The notes under the pieces: generated by a model
Told to the model about the DNA's origin: nothing
Seen by the model: the letters and a program-made list of their open reading frames with translations, nothing else
The model's database searches: none
Position numbers and translations under genes: made by a program
Sequence record: SRR2962707_2250
Reading direction: 5' to 3' (one strand)
Length of the DNA stretch: 64,000 bases
Shown: one piece after another, positions 1-9,669 of the stretch
How positions within the stretch are numbered: the first letter of the stretch is position 1
Layout: each line of letters begins with the position of its first letter

Positions 1-602
1 TCAGTGTATTTCCGAACTACAGGCCATATTTAGGTACTTGTTCTCTGCGATTCATGGACAAGTTTACGGAATGAGTTTCTTCATGTCTTCTGATCAAGCA
101 GCACTTGAATTTATGGACTCGAATTTCGATCAGCCACTTAGCTGCATCTTGACCAAAATTCAACTTATCGGCTCACAAGATGCTTTGAAACATTCTCGAC
201 GGTTAAGATTGACTAAACTCGATACACGTTTGAATTGCTGACAGTATTTCAGCCAATAGCATCGCTTCCAACGAACTGAAGTTTTATGGGAACCAATTCA
301 TTTCTCGGCATATGAACTTTTGTCTAACGCTTCGTCATTTTCAGAAAGCGAAGTAAACTGACATCCCATTAACAATTTTGAATAGACATGCCGGTCATTC
401 AATTTCCCCACCCGCTATCTGAGTGCTAACCAAATACTACTCTTGGCCCGAACATCATTGGCCGGGAGTGTACGGAGTTAGTTGCGGCGGCCACAAGGTC
501 ACCACGCGCAATTAGACAAAACAAATTGGTTCTTATGCTGTAGGCCGCATACCGGCACCAGCCAACAGAGCATTCAAACGTTGCGTAACACTCGGGAGGA
601 AA

Positions 603-1628
603 ATGATGTTCCGTAAACTACTGATTGCCGGTGTCATGACATCGGCATTTGCCGTCTCATTCAATCAGGCACAAGCTGCTGATTATACATTGCGATTCTC
701 GCACCAGTGGCCACCGGTCGCAGGCATGCAAAAAGAATTGTTCCAGGTTTGGGCAGATACCATTGCACAAGAATCCGATGGTCGCATCGAAGTTGAAATG
801 TATCCGTCTGCAACCCTTGCTGCACCACCTGCACAATATGAAGCAGTTCAGGACGGCATTGCCGATGTCGCAGCAGCCATTCAGGGCTACACCGCAAACC
901 GCTTCCCCCTGACACAGGTGGTTGAGCTTCCGGGCCTGATCAACAATGCGGCACATGGTTCGTGCATCATTCAGAGCCTTTATGACGAAGGTCTTATTTC
1001 TGACGAGTATGAAGGCACCCGCCCGCTGTTCCTGTTCACCCATGGTCAGGGCCTGCTCCATACCGGTGAAAAACTGATAGCGACCCCGGACGATCTTGCG
1101 GGCTTGCGTATTCGCCGTCCGACATCGGTTGTTGCCAACATTCTTGAAGCAGCAGGTGCTCAGCCGCTTGGTATGCCCGCCCCGGAATCCTACCAGGCGA
1201 TGCAGCTTGATGTGATCGACGGCGTTGCACTTCCGTGGGAAGGTGCACTTGCCTTCCGTCTCAATGAACTTGCAACGGCCCATACCAGCGTTGGCGATCT
1301 GTATACCCTGTCCTTCCTTGTCACCATGAACGAAGACAGCTTCGAAAACCTTCCGGAAGATCTTCAGGAAGTGGTGAAGAAAAATTCGGGCATGGCTTGG
1401 TCAGAAAAAGCAGGTCACCTGTTTGACGCGCTTGACGAAAAAGGTCGCAAACAGGCCGAAGAAGCTGGTCATACGTTCCTGACCGTCGAAGGCGGCGTTG
1501 ACAACCCGGCATGGAAGCCGGTTCTTGATCAGGCGACCGAGACCTATCTCGCGGATCTTGAAGGCCGAGGCCTTCCAGCCCGTAAAGTTTACGCACGTGC
1601 CAAAGAACTCTCCACGACATGCAAGTAA
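603..1628 (+). CDS. dctP: TRAP transporter substrate-binding protein (DctP family)
   Basis: Signal peptide (AQA-A), LRFSH, IEVEMYPS and DLAGLRIR motifs; GGAGG RBS; followed by dctQ and dctM. Confidence 0.93.
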   Translation: MMFRKLLIAGVMTSAFAVSFNQAQAADYTLRFSHQWPPVAGMQKELFQVWADTIAQESDGRIEVEMYPSATLAAPPAQYEAVQDGIADVAAAIQGYTANRFPLTQVVELPGLINNAAHGSCIIQSLYDEGLISDEYEGTRPLFLFTHGQGLLHTGEKLIATPDDLAGLRIRRPTSVVANILEAAGAQPLGMPAPESYQAMQLDVIDGVALPWEGALAFRLNELATAHTSVGDLYTLSFLVTMNEDSFENLPEDLQEVVKKNSGMAWSEKAGHLFDALDEKGRKQAEEAGHTFLTVEGGVDNPAWKPVLDQATETYLADLEGRGLPARKVYARAKELSTTCK

Positions 1629-2164
1629 CGCCTAGCTCAGAGCCTACCCGCAAGGCTTTTCCATTACTTGACCTGACCGACCGCATCGCCAAGGCGATGC
1701 GGATCGGCAGCGGGGTTCTTTTGATCTTCATCATGACAGTCACGCTTGTTGACGTCGTTGCACGGACGATCTTTACGGCAACCGGCGGCGCGCTTGATGT
1801 GACCTTTACCGGTGCAGTTGAATTGGTCAGCTATGGCATGCTTGCCATGGTGCTTCTGGCATTTCCGTATGGTGTAGACAAAGGACAGGTGATTGTTGAT
1901 CTGTTCACCGACAATTTCAGCCGCCAAACGAAAATGATCATGGAAGCCGTTTACATGCTGGGCTTTACCGCCCTTTCATCCGGCATGGCCATTCGTTTCT
2001 TTGAAGTTGCTGGACGCATGAAACGTTCTGGTGAATCCAGCCAGGATCTGCTGATCCCGCTTCATATTGTTTACAGCTTTGCATCCTGCGCGCTGGCGTT
2101 CCTCGCCCTGCGCTGCATCTTGCTTACGATCGACTATCTTATCTCAGGAGCTAAACGACCATGA
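1619..2164 (+). CDS. dctQ: TRAP transporter small permease
   Basis: About 4 TM segments, DVVAR and IVDLF motifs, lies between dctP and dctM. Confidence 0.88.
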   Translation: MQVTPSSEPTRKAFPLLDLTDRIAKAMRIGSGVLLIFIMTVTLVDVVARTIFTATGGALDVTFTGAVELVSYGMLAMVLLAFPYGVDKGQVIVDLFTDNFSRQTKMIMEAVYMLGFTALSSGMAIRFFEVAGRMKRSGESSQDLLIPLHIVYSFASCALAFLALRCILLTIDYLISGAKRP

Positions 2165-3447
2165 GCGCGCCCCTGATTGGTCTTATCTGTGTCGCGGCCA
2201 TGCTTTTGCTGATCGCGTTTCGCTGCCCGATTTCACTTGCCATGTCAGCCGTCGGCTTTGTCGGCTTTGGCTTGATTGTGGCGTTCAAACCGGCTTTTGC
2301 GCTTTTGGAAAAGGGTCCATTTGAAACCCTGACCGCCTATGGCTTTAGCCCGGTGCCAATGTTCATCCTTCTTGGCGTTTTTGCTTCAAAAGCCCGAATG
2401 TCCGCGGAATTGTTTAACGGTGCCAAAACATTCTTTGGTGGCTGGCGCGGCGGAATGGGTTTGGCGGCGGTGACATCATGCGGTGTGTTTTCAGCCATCT
2501 CAGGCTCCTCGCTTGCCACCGCGGCAAGTATGGCCAAGGTTGCCCTGCCGGAAATGAAAAAGAACGGCTATGTGCCGTCTTTTGCCGCCGGAACGCTTGC
2601 TGCTGGCGGAACGCTTGGCATCATGATCCCACCGTCAATTGCATTACTGCTTTATGCCTTGATCACGGAACATTCCGTGGGACAGATGTTTATGGCGGGC
2701 ATCATTCCCGGTCTGCTTGGCCTGGTACTTTATTGCGCAACCATTGCAGCAATCGTGTTCTTCAAGCCAAGCGTTGCCCAACCGGGGCAACCAACCACGT
2801 TCATTGAAAAGATTATCGGGCTTAAAGGCCTTTTGCCATTTGCCGCGATCTTTACCTTTATCATTGGCGGGATATATGGCGGGTTCTTCACCCCGACCGA
2901 GGCCGCAGCCGTTGGCGCGTTCTTTACCATGATCCTTGCCTTTGCCCGCGGCATGTCCGGCACGCAATTCATCGAGGCGATTGGCGAAACGCTGACCCTT
3001 TCGATCATGATTTTCTTCATGCTGGTCGGCGCGGAGATTTTTGGGTATTTCCTGTCGGTGTCGCGCATCTCGCATTCGCTGGTCGAACTGGTTGTCCAAC
3101 TTGATATGCCACCCTATGCGGTGCTGTTTTGTGTGCTGGCGCTGTACATCGTTTTGGGATGCGTCATGGACAGCATTGCCATGCTGCTTCTCACCGTCCC
3201 GGTGGTGTATCCAATTATCATCGCCGCAGGGTTTGACCCGATCTGGTTCGGTATTTTAACCGTCATCACGGTCGAACTCGGCTTGATCACCCCACCTGTT
3301 GGGATGAATGCGTTCGTCATCAAATCCGTCGCACCGGACATACCAATTGGTCAGATTTTCCGTGGTGTTATGCCCTTTGTCTTATCTGACATTGTCCGGC
3401 TTGCACTGCTGATTGCTTTTCCGTCACTGGTTTATGTCTTGTTATAA
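2161..3447 (+). CDS. dctM: TRAP transporter large permease
   Basis: ISGSSLATAA, GTLGIMIPPS, FTPTEAAA and GLITPPVGMN motifs; ATGA overlap with dctQ. Confidence 0.95.
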   Translation: MSAPLIGLICVAAMLLLIAFRCPISLAMSAVGFVGFGLIVAFKPAFALLEKGPFETLTAYGFSPVPMFILLGVFASKARMSAELFNGAKTFFGGWRGGMGLAAVTSCGVFSAISGSSLATAASMAKVALPEMKKNGYVPSFAAGTLAAGGTLGIMIPPSIALLLYALITEHSVGQMFMAGIIPGLLGLVLYCATIAAIVFFKPSVAQPGQPTTFIEKIIGLKGLLPFAAIFTFIIGGIYGGFFTPTEAAAVGAFFTMILAFARGMSGTQFIEAIGETLTLSIMIFFMLVGAEIFGYFLSVSRISHSLVELVVQLDMPPYAVLFCVLALYIVLGCVMDSIAMLLLTVPVVYPIIIAAGFDPIWFGILTVITVELGLITPPVGMNAFVIKSVAPDIPIGQIFRGVMPFVLSDIVRLALLIAFPSLVYVLL

Positions 3448-3493
3448 TCGCAGTACGGCACACGAAAACCGCCCCTAAAGAAAGGAAACGGAC

Positions 3494-4456
3494 ATGTCCG
3501 AACCTTGTTTTGATGTTGCCCATCTTGGTCATGTCGAACTGTTCACCAACAAGTTTGACGAAAGTCTGGATTTTTTCGTTAATGTCTATGGCTTAACGGA
3601 AAGTGGCCGGGACGAAAATTCCGTCTATCTGCGTGCGTGGGATGATTACGAATTCCACAGCCTGAAATTGACCAAATCCGACACGACCGGCGTTGGTCAC
3701 ATCGGCTATCGCGCCAGTTCAGAAGCTGCTTTGCAGCGTCGGGTCAAAGTGATCGAAGAAATGGGCTGCGGCATTGGTTGGATTGATGGCGATATGGGCC
3801 ATGGTCGCGCCTATCGCTTTACCGATCCGGATGGCCATGTGTTTGAGCTGTATTACGATACGGTAAAATATCAAGCACCTGAATCCGAAAAACCGGCCCT
3901 TAAAAACATCGCACAGCGATATCACGGGCGCGGTGTTGCTGTCCGTCGTATTGACCACTTGAACCTTCTGGCAACAAGTGTGGAGGCCATCCGCGATTTT
4001 ATGCAACAGGCCCTTGGATCGCGCGTGACAGAGCAGATCATGCTCGATAGCGGCGAACTTGCCGGGTGCTGGTTTACGGTCAATAACAAGACCTATGACA
4101 TTGCCTATACCAAGGATGCCACCGGAACACCGGGTCGCTTCCACCATGTAACCTATGCCCTTGATCAGCGTGAAGATGTGCTGCGTGCTGCTGATATCTT
4201 CCTTGAAAACAATGTTTTCATTGAAACCGGCCCCCACAAGCATGCGGTTCAAGGAACATTCTTCCTGTATGTCTACGAGCCTGCTGGCAACCGGGTTGAA
4301 GTCTGCAATGCAGGCGCACGCCTGATCCTGCAGCCCGACTGGCAAACCGTCACATGGACAGAAACGGATCGCAAAAAAGGTCAGGCATGGGGACTTAAAA
4401 CCATTTCGTCCTTCCATACCCATGGCACACCGCCCGTCCCCGACGCAGCGGAATAG
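3494..4456 (+). CDS. Type I (VOC-fold) extradiol ring-cleavage dioxygenase, catechol 2,3-dioxygenase family
   Basis: HLGHVEL, YLRAWDD, RIDHLN, FHHV and GPHKH...FFLYVYEPAGNRVE; the His/His/Glu metal ligands are present. Confidence 0.9.
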   Translation: MSEPCFDVAHLGHVELFTNKFDESLDFFVNVYGLTESGRDENSVYLRAWDDYEFHSLKLTKSDTTGVGHIGYRASSEAALQRRVKVIEEMGCGIGWIDGDMGHGRAYRFTDPDGHVFELYYDTVKYQAPESEKPALKNIAQRYHGRGVAVRRIDHLNLLATSVEAIRDFMQQALGSRVTEQIMLDSGELAGCWFTVNNKTYDIAYTKDATGTPGRFHHVTYALDQREDVLRAADIFLENNVFIETGPHKHAVQGTFFLYVYEPAGNRVEVCNAGARLILQPDWQTVTWTETDRKKGQAWGLKTISSFHTHGTPPVPDAAE

Positions 4457-4484
4457 CCTCCAACGCAAGATGATCGCAAAACAA

Positions 4485-4509
4485 AAGGCAGGGCTTTGAG
4501 CCCTGCCTT
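4485..4509. terminator. Hairpin between convergent genes, probable intrinsic terminator
   Basis: AAGGCAGGGCT-TTG-AGCCCTGCCTT, a perfect 11-bp stem. Confidence 0.7.
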
Positions 4510-4571
4510 CTTCATGTTGCCTTTTGGGAATTAAACCTTCATCGGGCAATGCTCAAATCAAGTCAGTTAAT

Positions 4572-5465
4572 TCACTTTTCCAACATTGCTTTAAGAATCA
4601 TATCCGCACGTTTTTGATACCCAAAGTCCCCGGCATCGAGTTTCAACGCGCCAATCGTGCGCTGCCAATCAACCGTTGCCTTTGCCATCCCGTTGTTTAG
4701 GCCAAGTTCTTCGACGGTAAGTGCGACTTCTTCCATTTCAGCAGCCCGGCGAATGCCATGGGTCATAGAACGTTCCAGCATATAGCCTGCTTTTTCCATG
4801 AAATCGAAACCGGGATAGGTTTTATCTAGGGATGCCAGAACGGTTTCATCAACACCGGCACGACGCCCTGCCAAAACACATTCAGCAAACAAGGCTTCAA
4901 GCCCCTTCATCATGATGGATCGCACCATTTTGATCGCCGATCCGGCACCAACGGTATCACCGGCAATCCCAGGTTCCATCCCCAGAGATTCCAGAATTGG
5001 TTTGGCATCCACGGCATGCGGGCCGCTCAGCAAAATTGGTGTTTTATGCAGTTTGGGATAAACCGGCGCCATCACCGCCATATCGACATACCGCCCACCG
5101 GCCGCTTCGATCAGTTCTGCACTCCGCCGCTTTGTGCCCGGCGCACAGGAATTACAATCAAAGAAAAACGCGCCTTTTGTGATGGAGGCCGCCGCATCCC
5201 GTGCAACCAACGCCGCCTGATCCGCCGTCACCAGCGAGAATACAAGTTCCGCACCGGAAAGGGCGACCGCATTACTGACGGCACCGGTCGCACCGGCTGC
5301 AACATATTCGGCATTTTTGGCATCCCGAATGGCGACATTATTGTCGGTGGTTTTAATGTCAAACGCCCGAATGACAGGAACGATATCGCTGCCCCACCCC
5401 TTCAAAAAGGCTTGGGCTGCTTCACCAAATCCAAGAAAGGCAATGGTATTGATGTCGTTTGGCAT
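4572..5465 (-). CDS. NAD(P)-dependent beta-hydroxyacid dehydrogenase-like oxidoreductase (6PGD/DUF1932-like)
   Basis: AFLGFGEAA Rossmann motif, DCNSCAP, YVDMAVMAPV, IKMVRS and HGIRRAAEM; start moved to ATG 5465. Confidence 0.82.
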   Translation of the reverse strand: MPNDINTIAFLGFGEAAQAFLKGWGSDIVPVIRAFDIKTTDNNVAIRDAKNAEYVAAGATGAVSNAVALSGAELVFSLVTADQAALVARDAAASITKGAFFFDCNSCAPGTKRRSAELIEAAGGRYVDMAVMAPVYPKLHKTPILLSGPHAVDAKPILESLGMEPGIAGDTVGAGSAIKMVRSIMMKGLEALFAECVLAGRRAGVDETVLASLDKTYPGFDFMEKAGYMLERSMTHGIRRAAEMEEVALTVEELGLNNGMAKATVDWQRTIGALKLDAGDFGYQKRADMILKAMLEK

Positions 5466-5632
5466 GTTCTGGAGTTCCCAATTTGATTTTTTGTTTGTGA
5501 TTGTCACGTCGCTTACCCGCAGACGCGAAAGACCATCTTCAACAGCTACCACTGACATCACGAAAGGGAAAATTGATTGCCCGAAATCGGTATTCAAAAT
5601 GCCGATAGCATTCTGCTACGATTTCATCGACC

Positions 5633-6856
5633 TCACCACAACGTGTCAATATTTTGGCTGATTGCTTCAAGCCGCTCTATAAGGTTTTGCTGTATCGATG
5701 TCGGCGACCATCCTTTACGTACCGTCAAACCAATCGGGCGTTCGGTATAGGGAAGATCAATCGGCAGCCTTTTAAGTTCACCGTATTTTTCTTCCTGCAT
5801 AATCTGATGGCGCGAAATGATGGTCAATTTGTCACTGGTTGATAGCATCCGCCGGATCAGGATCAATGAGCCTGTTTCAACGATGCTTTTAGGGCGCACA
5901 GCCTTATCAACCGGAAACATGGTTTCAAAGTAATCGCGTGTTGGTGCCCCGCGCAAAGGCACCGCCCAGCCATATGCCGCTAGATCAGGCGGGGTGATGT
6001 TTTTTTGTTTTGTTAATGGGTGATGCACCCGTCCGACAATCGCCAAGGGATCATCGAACAGTTTGCTTTGCAGCACATCATCGACCGGGACCGGATCGCG
6101 CAACGCCCCAATCAACATGTCGATATCACCGTGACGCAAACCAAATAGCAAATCCTGATAGGGCCCATCGACCACCCGAAGGCGCGTATCAGGAAATTCT
6201 TCCATGATGGCATTCAGTGCATTTGGCAGAATGGCACTCCGTGCCAGCGGCATACTGCCAATGACAATACGCCCGCCACGCCCCCCCTTCCAGGATGCAA
6301 TTTCATCTTCTGCCTGCCCCAGTTCGACCAATGCCAGCTTGGCAAACATGACAAATGTTTCGGCCTGTTTGGTCAGAAGGATGCCGGTACTGGCCTTTTC
6401 AAACAATGGGACCGCACAAAGCTGTTCCAGTTCGCGCGCGGCCCGGTGCAACGAAGGTTGCGACACACCGACATTGCGTGCAGCCAAACTAAAACTGCCT
6501 GCTTCGGAGATCGCAATCAAAGCCCGCAACTGAACCCCGGTGACCAGTTGATACAACTTCACCTGATGCCCACGGTTCCGTCGGCCAAGCCGCATGATCT
6601 CGGCCGTTGCCTGAACAAGATAGTCCTGTAAACGCTCAACTCGACGCACAAATATCTTGCCGGGCTCCGTTACGAATACGCCTTCTGGACGACGATCAAA
6701 TAGCTCAACCCCCAACAGCCGTTCAACTTTTGCCACAGCCTGCGTGACGGCAGGTTGAGACATGTAAACATCTTCAGCCGCCGCACTGATGCTCTGCCGA
6801 CGCGCAACAGCAAGGCAGGCGCGCAAATGTTTCAGGTTCGGGTTTTGCAGGCTCAT
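5633..6856 (-). CDS. galR: LysR-type regulator with two tandem N-terminal HTH domains (GalR-like)
   Basis: Two HTH copies (SISAAAEDVYMSQPAVTQ and SFSLAARNVGVSQPSLHR) plus a substrate domain; divergent from galBCD. Confidence 0.8.
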   Translation of the reverse strand: MSLQNPNLKHLRACLAVARRQSISAAAEDVYMSQPAVTQAVAKVERLLGVELFDRRPEGVFVTEPGKIFVRRVERLQDYLVQATAEIMRLGRRNRGHQVKLYQLVTGVQLRALIAISEAGSFSLAARNVGVSQPSLHRAARELEQLCAVPLFEKASTGILLTKQAETFVMFAKLALVELGQAEDEIASWKGGRGGRIVIGSMPLARSAILPNALNAIMEEFPDTRLRVVDGPYQDLLFGLRHGDIDMLIGALRDPVPVDDVLQSKLFDDPLAIVGRVHHPLTKQKNITPPDLAAYGWAVPLRGAPTRDYFETMFPVDKAVRPKSIVETGSLILIRRMLSTSDKLTIISRHQIMQEEKYGELKRLPIDLPYTERPIGLTVRKGWSPTSIQQNLIERLEAISQNIDTLW

Positions 6857-6992
6857 TCATCATCCCTTCCATGTGATCGTGAACACATTATAGAAAGAAC
6901 TTATAGCAAATGTCATTGGTTCTATTTCACCTGAAAGACCTGCCCGCCTAGCATGGCATCACAAAATGAAACCATGCTAGGGAGTCCTAAAC

Positions 6993-7730
6993 GTGACCAC
7001 CACCAAACCAACCGCACTGGTCGTCAGTGCACATTCCGCCGACTTTGTCTGGCGTTGTGGCGGCGCCATCGCGCTGCATGCCCAGAAGGGTTATGACGTC
7101 ACAGTTGTTTGCCTTTCTTATGGCGAACGCGGTGAATCCGCCAAGCTTTGGAAGCAAGAAGGCTGCACGATGGAGCGGGTTAAAACCGAACGCCGCAAAG
7201 AAGCCGAAAATGCCGCAAAAGCACTTGGCGTGCATGACATCAAGTTCATGGATGTTGGCGATTACCCGCTGGAGCTGAGCCGGGATGAGAAGTTTGAGCT
7301 GGTCGACACGATCCGTGCCGTACAGCCTAAATTCATGCTGAGCCACAGCTTTGTCGACAATTACAATACCGACCATTCCTATGCGACCCGTGTTGCCATT
7401 GAATGCCGTATGATCGCACAGGCCTGGGGCCATAACCCGGGCGAGAAAGTTCTGGGCGCACCGCAGCTTTATCTGTTTGAGCCCCATCAGACCGAACAGA
7501 TGGAATGGAAGCCCGATCACTTCCTTGATATCACCGATGTATGGGATCAGAAATGGGCTGCTATTCAGTGCATGGAAGGTCAGGAACATCTTTGGCACTA
7601 TTACCAGAATGTCGCGGAAAACCGTGGCAACCATTTCCGCCGCAATTCCGGCGGTCAATCTGGTGGACGTAACGCCAAATATGCTGAAGGCTTCCAGTCG
7701 GTTTACCCACGTACCGTGGATGAACTGTAA
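6993..7730 (+). CDS. galB: 4-oxalomesaconate hydratase (PIG-L/LmbE family)
   Basis: [24 protein letters not shown] and FEPHQTE motifs; context next to galC and galD. Confidence 0.85.
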   Translation: MTTTKPTALVVSAHSADFVWRCGGAIALHAQKGYDVTVVCLSYGERGESAKLWKQEGCTMERVKTERRKEAENAAKALGVHDIKFMDVGDYPLELSRDEKFELVDTIRAVQPKFMLSHSFVDNYNTDHSYATRVAIECRMIAQAWGHNPGEKVLGAPQLYLFEPHQTEQMEWKPDHFLDITDVWDQKWAAIQCMEGQEHLWHYYQNVAENRGNHFRRNSGGQSGGRNAKYAEGFQSVYPRTVDEL

Positions 7731-8404
7731 TGGGTGGCATCGTCGTTCAAAACATCACCCGCACCGATCTTTCGATTGTGGACGGTTTGGGTAAATGCGG
7801 TGTTGCCACCGTGCATGAAGCACAAGGGCGTACAGGTCTTTTGCAATCCCATATGCGCCCGATTTATCCTGGTGCACGGATTGCCGGTAATGCGGTCACG
7901 GTTTCGATCGCACCGGCCGACAACTGGATGATCCATGTCGCGGTTGAACAATGCCGCGAGGGGGACATTCTGATTGTCGCACCGACATCGTCCTGCGATG
8001 CCGGGTATTTTGGTGAACTTCTTGCCCGTTCACTGATGTACCGAAAAGTTCGCGGCCTAATCATCGAAGCCGGTGTACGTGATGTTCTTGATCTCACCGA
8101 GATCAAGTTCCCTGTCTGGTCCAAGGCTGTTTCGGCGCAGGGCACAGTCAAGGAAACCGTCGGGTCGGTTAATGTCCCGGTAGTAATTGGAGGTGCGGCC
8201 ATCCATCCCGGCGACGTGGTTGTTGCTGATGATGACGGGGTTTGTGTCGTTGCACAGGCCGACGCAGCAAAGGTTCTGGATCAGTCCATCGCACGCGAAG
8301 AAAAAGAAGCCAAAACCCGCGCCCGCCTGATGAAGGGCGAATTGGGTCTGGACATCTATGACATGCGCCCGCGCTTGGCAGAGAAAGGCTTGAAGTATGT
8401 CTGA
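7730..8404 (+). CDS. galC: 4-carboxy-4-hydroxy-2-oxoadipate/HMG aldolase (RraA-like; GalC/LigK)
   Basis: [33 protein letters not shown] and GELGLDIY motifs. Confidence 0.9.
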   Translation: MGGIVVQNITRTDLSIVDGLGKCGVATVHEAQGRTGLLQSHMRPIYPGARIAGNAVTVSIAPADNWMIHVAVEQCREGDILIVAPTSSCDAGYFGELLARSLMYRKVRGLIIEAGVRDVLDLTEIKFPVWSKAVSAQGTVKETVGSVNVPVVIGGAAIHPGDVVVADDDGVCVVAQADAAKVLDQSIAREEKEAKTRARLMKGELGLDIYDMRPRLAEKGLKYV

Positions 8405-9473
8405 GGGCATCGCAGCATATAGCAGCATTCGCTGTATGTGGATGCGCGGCGGCACATCCAAGGGCGGGTATTTTCTGTCAGATGATCTGCCAGAAGACAC
8501 TGCATTGCGTGATGCTGTTTTGCTGCGTGTTATGGGATCCCCTGATTCCAAACAGATCGACGGGATGGGGGGTGCCGACCCCCTGACCTCCAAGGTTGGC
8601 GTGATCAAAAAATCTGATCGCCCCGGCATTGATGTCGATTACCTGTTTCTACAGGTCTTTGTTGACCGCGCGGTTGTCACGGACAAACAAAACTGCGGCA
8701 ATATCCTTGCCGGTGTCGGGCCGTTTGCCATTGAACGGGGATTGGTTGACGCGAAAGATGGTCAAACCAAAGTCACCATTTTTATGGAAAACACCGGTCA
8801 GACAGCCACCGCCACCATTGAAACCCATAACGGCAAACCGGTTTATTCCGGAAATGCCCGCATTGACGGGGTTCCGGGCACATCTGCGCCAATCCCGCTA
8901 TTATTCAGTGATACGGCAGGCACCACCTGTGGCGCATTGCTTCCGACCGGCAACAATGTTGATGTGATCGATGGTGTGAATGTCACCATGATCGATAACG
9001 GGATGCCGGTTGTTGTTCTGTCGGCTTCTGACATGGGCATTACCGGGCGCGAAAGCCGCGAAGAACTTGAAGCTAATGACGTGCTTCGCACCAAACTCGA
9101 AAGCATCCGCCTGCAATGCGGGCCTCTGATGAATCTTGGCGATGTCAGCGACGCATCCGTCCCGAAAATGACCATGGTTTCTCCGGCCGAACATGGCGGC
9201 GTTGTATCGACCCGAACCTTTATCCCCCATCGTTGCCATGCATCAATTGGGGTTCTGGGTGCGGTCAGTGTCGCAACAGCCTGCCTGTTACCGGGATCAC
9301 CCGCTTCAGATGTCGCAGCCAACAATATCAATGCACTTTCGACCCTTTCGGTGGAACACCCGTCAGGCGAAATGAGCGTGATTATCGAAAAAACAAATGA
9401 TGGTGCAGTCGACAAGGCCGGTTTGCTGCGCACTGCGCGCAAGCTGTTTGACGGCGATGTCTTTATCGACTGA
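8397..9473 (+). CDS. galD: 4-oxalomesaconate tautomerase (PrpF family)
   Basis: [40 protein letters not shown] and RTARKLFDG motifs. Confidence 0.9.
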   Translation: MSEGIAAYSSIRCMWMRGGTSKGGYFLSDDLPEDTALRDAVLLRVMGSPDSKQIDGMGGADPLTSKVGVIKKSDRPGIDVDYLFLQVFVDRAVVTDKQNCGNILAGVGPFAIERGLVDAKDGQTKVTIFMENTGQTATATIETHNGKPVYSGNARIDGVPGTSAPIPLLFSDTAGTTCGALLPTGNNVDVIDGVNVTMIDNGMPVVVLSASDMGITGRESREELEANDVLRTKLESIRLQCGPLMNLGDVSDASVPKMTMVSPAEHGGVVSTRTFIPHRCHASIGVLGAVSVATACLLPGSPASDVAANNINALSTLSVEHPSGEMSVIIEKTNDGAVDKAGLLRTARKLFDGDVFID

Positions 9474-9531
9474 CACCAAAACTCAAACAAAAGAATAATA
9501 ATAATAAAACCAAGGAAGTAGGAGGAAGACC

Positions 9532-9669
9532 ATGACGCGGAACCCGCGTGTGGCAGAACACATTAAAGCACCATTCATTGGTGCTTGCCTGGCGCAAATC
9601 GCTTTCTGTGGTGAAGGTGGTGTATCGCAACCCGTATGCATCTCCCCCATACTGGGGGCAGGCATATGA
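9532..9669 (+). CDS. Putative 45-aa small protein, absent from the ORF track
   Basis: AGGAGG RBS just upstream of ATG 9532; open frame MTRNPRVAEHIKAPFIGACLAQIAFCGEGGVSQPVCISPILGAGI; its TGA overlaps the permease ATG (ATGA). Confidence 0.5.
   Translation: MTRNPRVAEHIKAPFIGACLAQIAFCGEGGVSQPVCISPILGAGI

Noticed and set aside
2-241. Open frame at the left edge
   Set aside because: It could be the 3' end of a gene, but no family is recognisable and the context is missing.
3719-4549. Long antisense or alternative-frame ORFs (also 6987-7658, 34613-35368, 38601-39404, 55220-56014 and many others)
   Set aside because: They shadow well-supported genes and have no motifs of their own.
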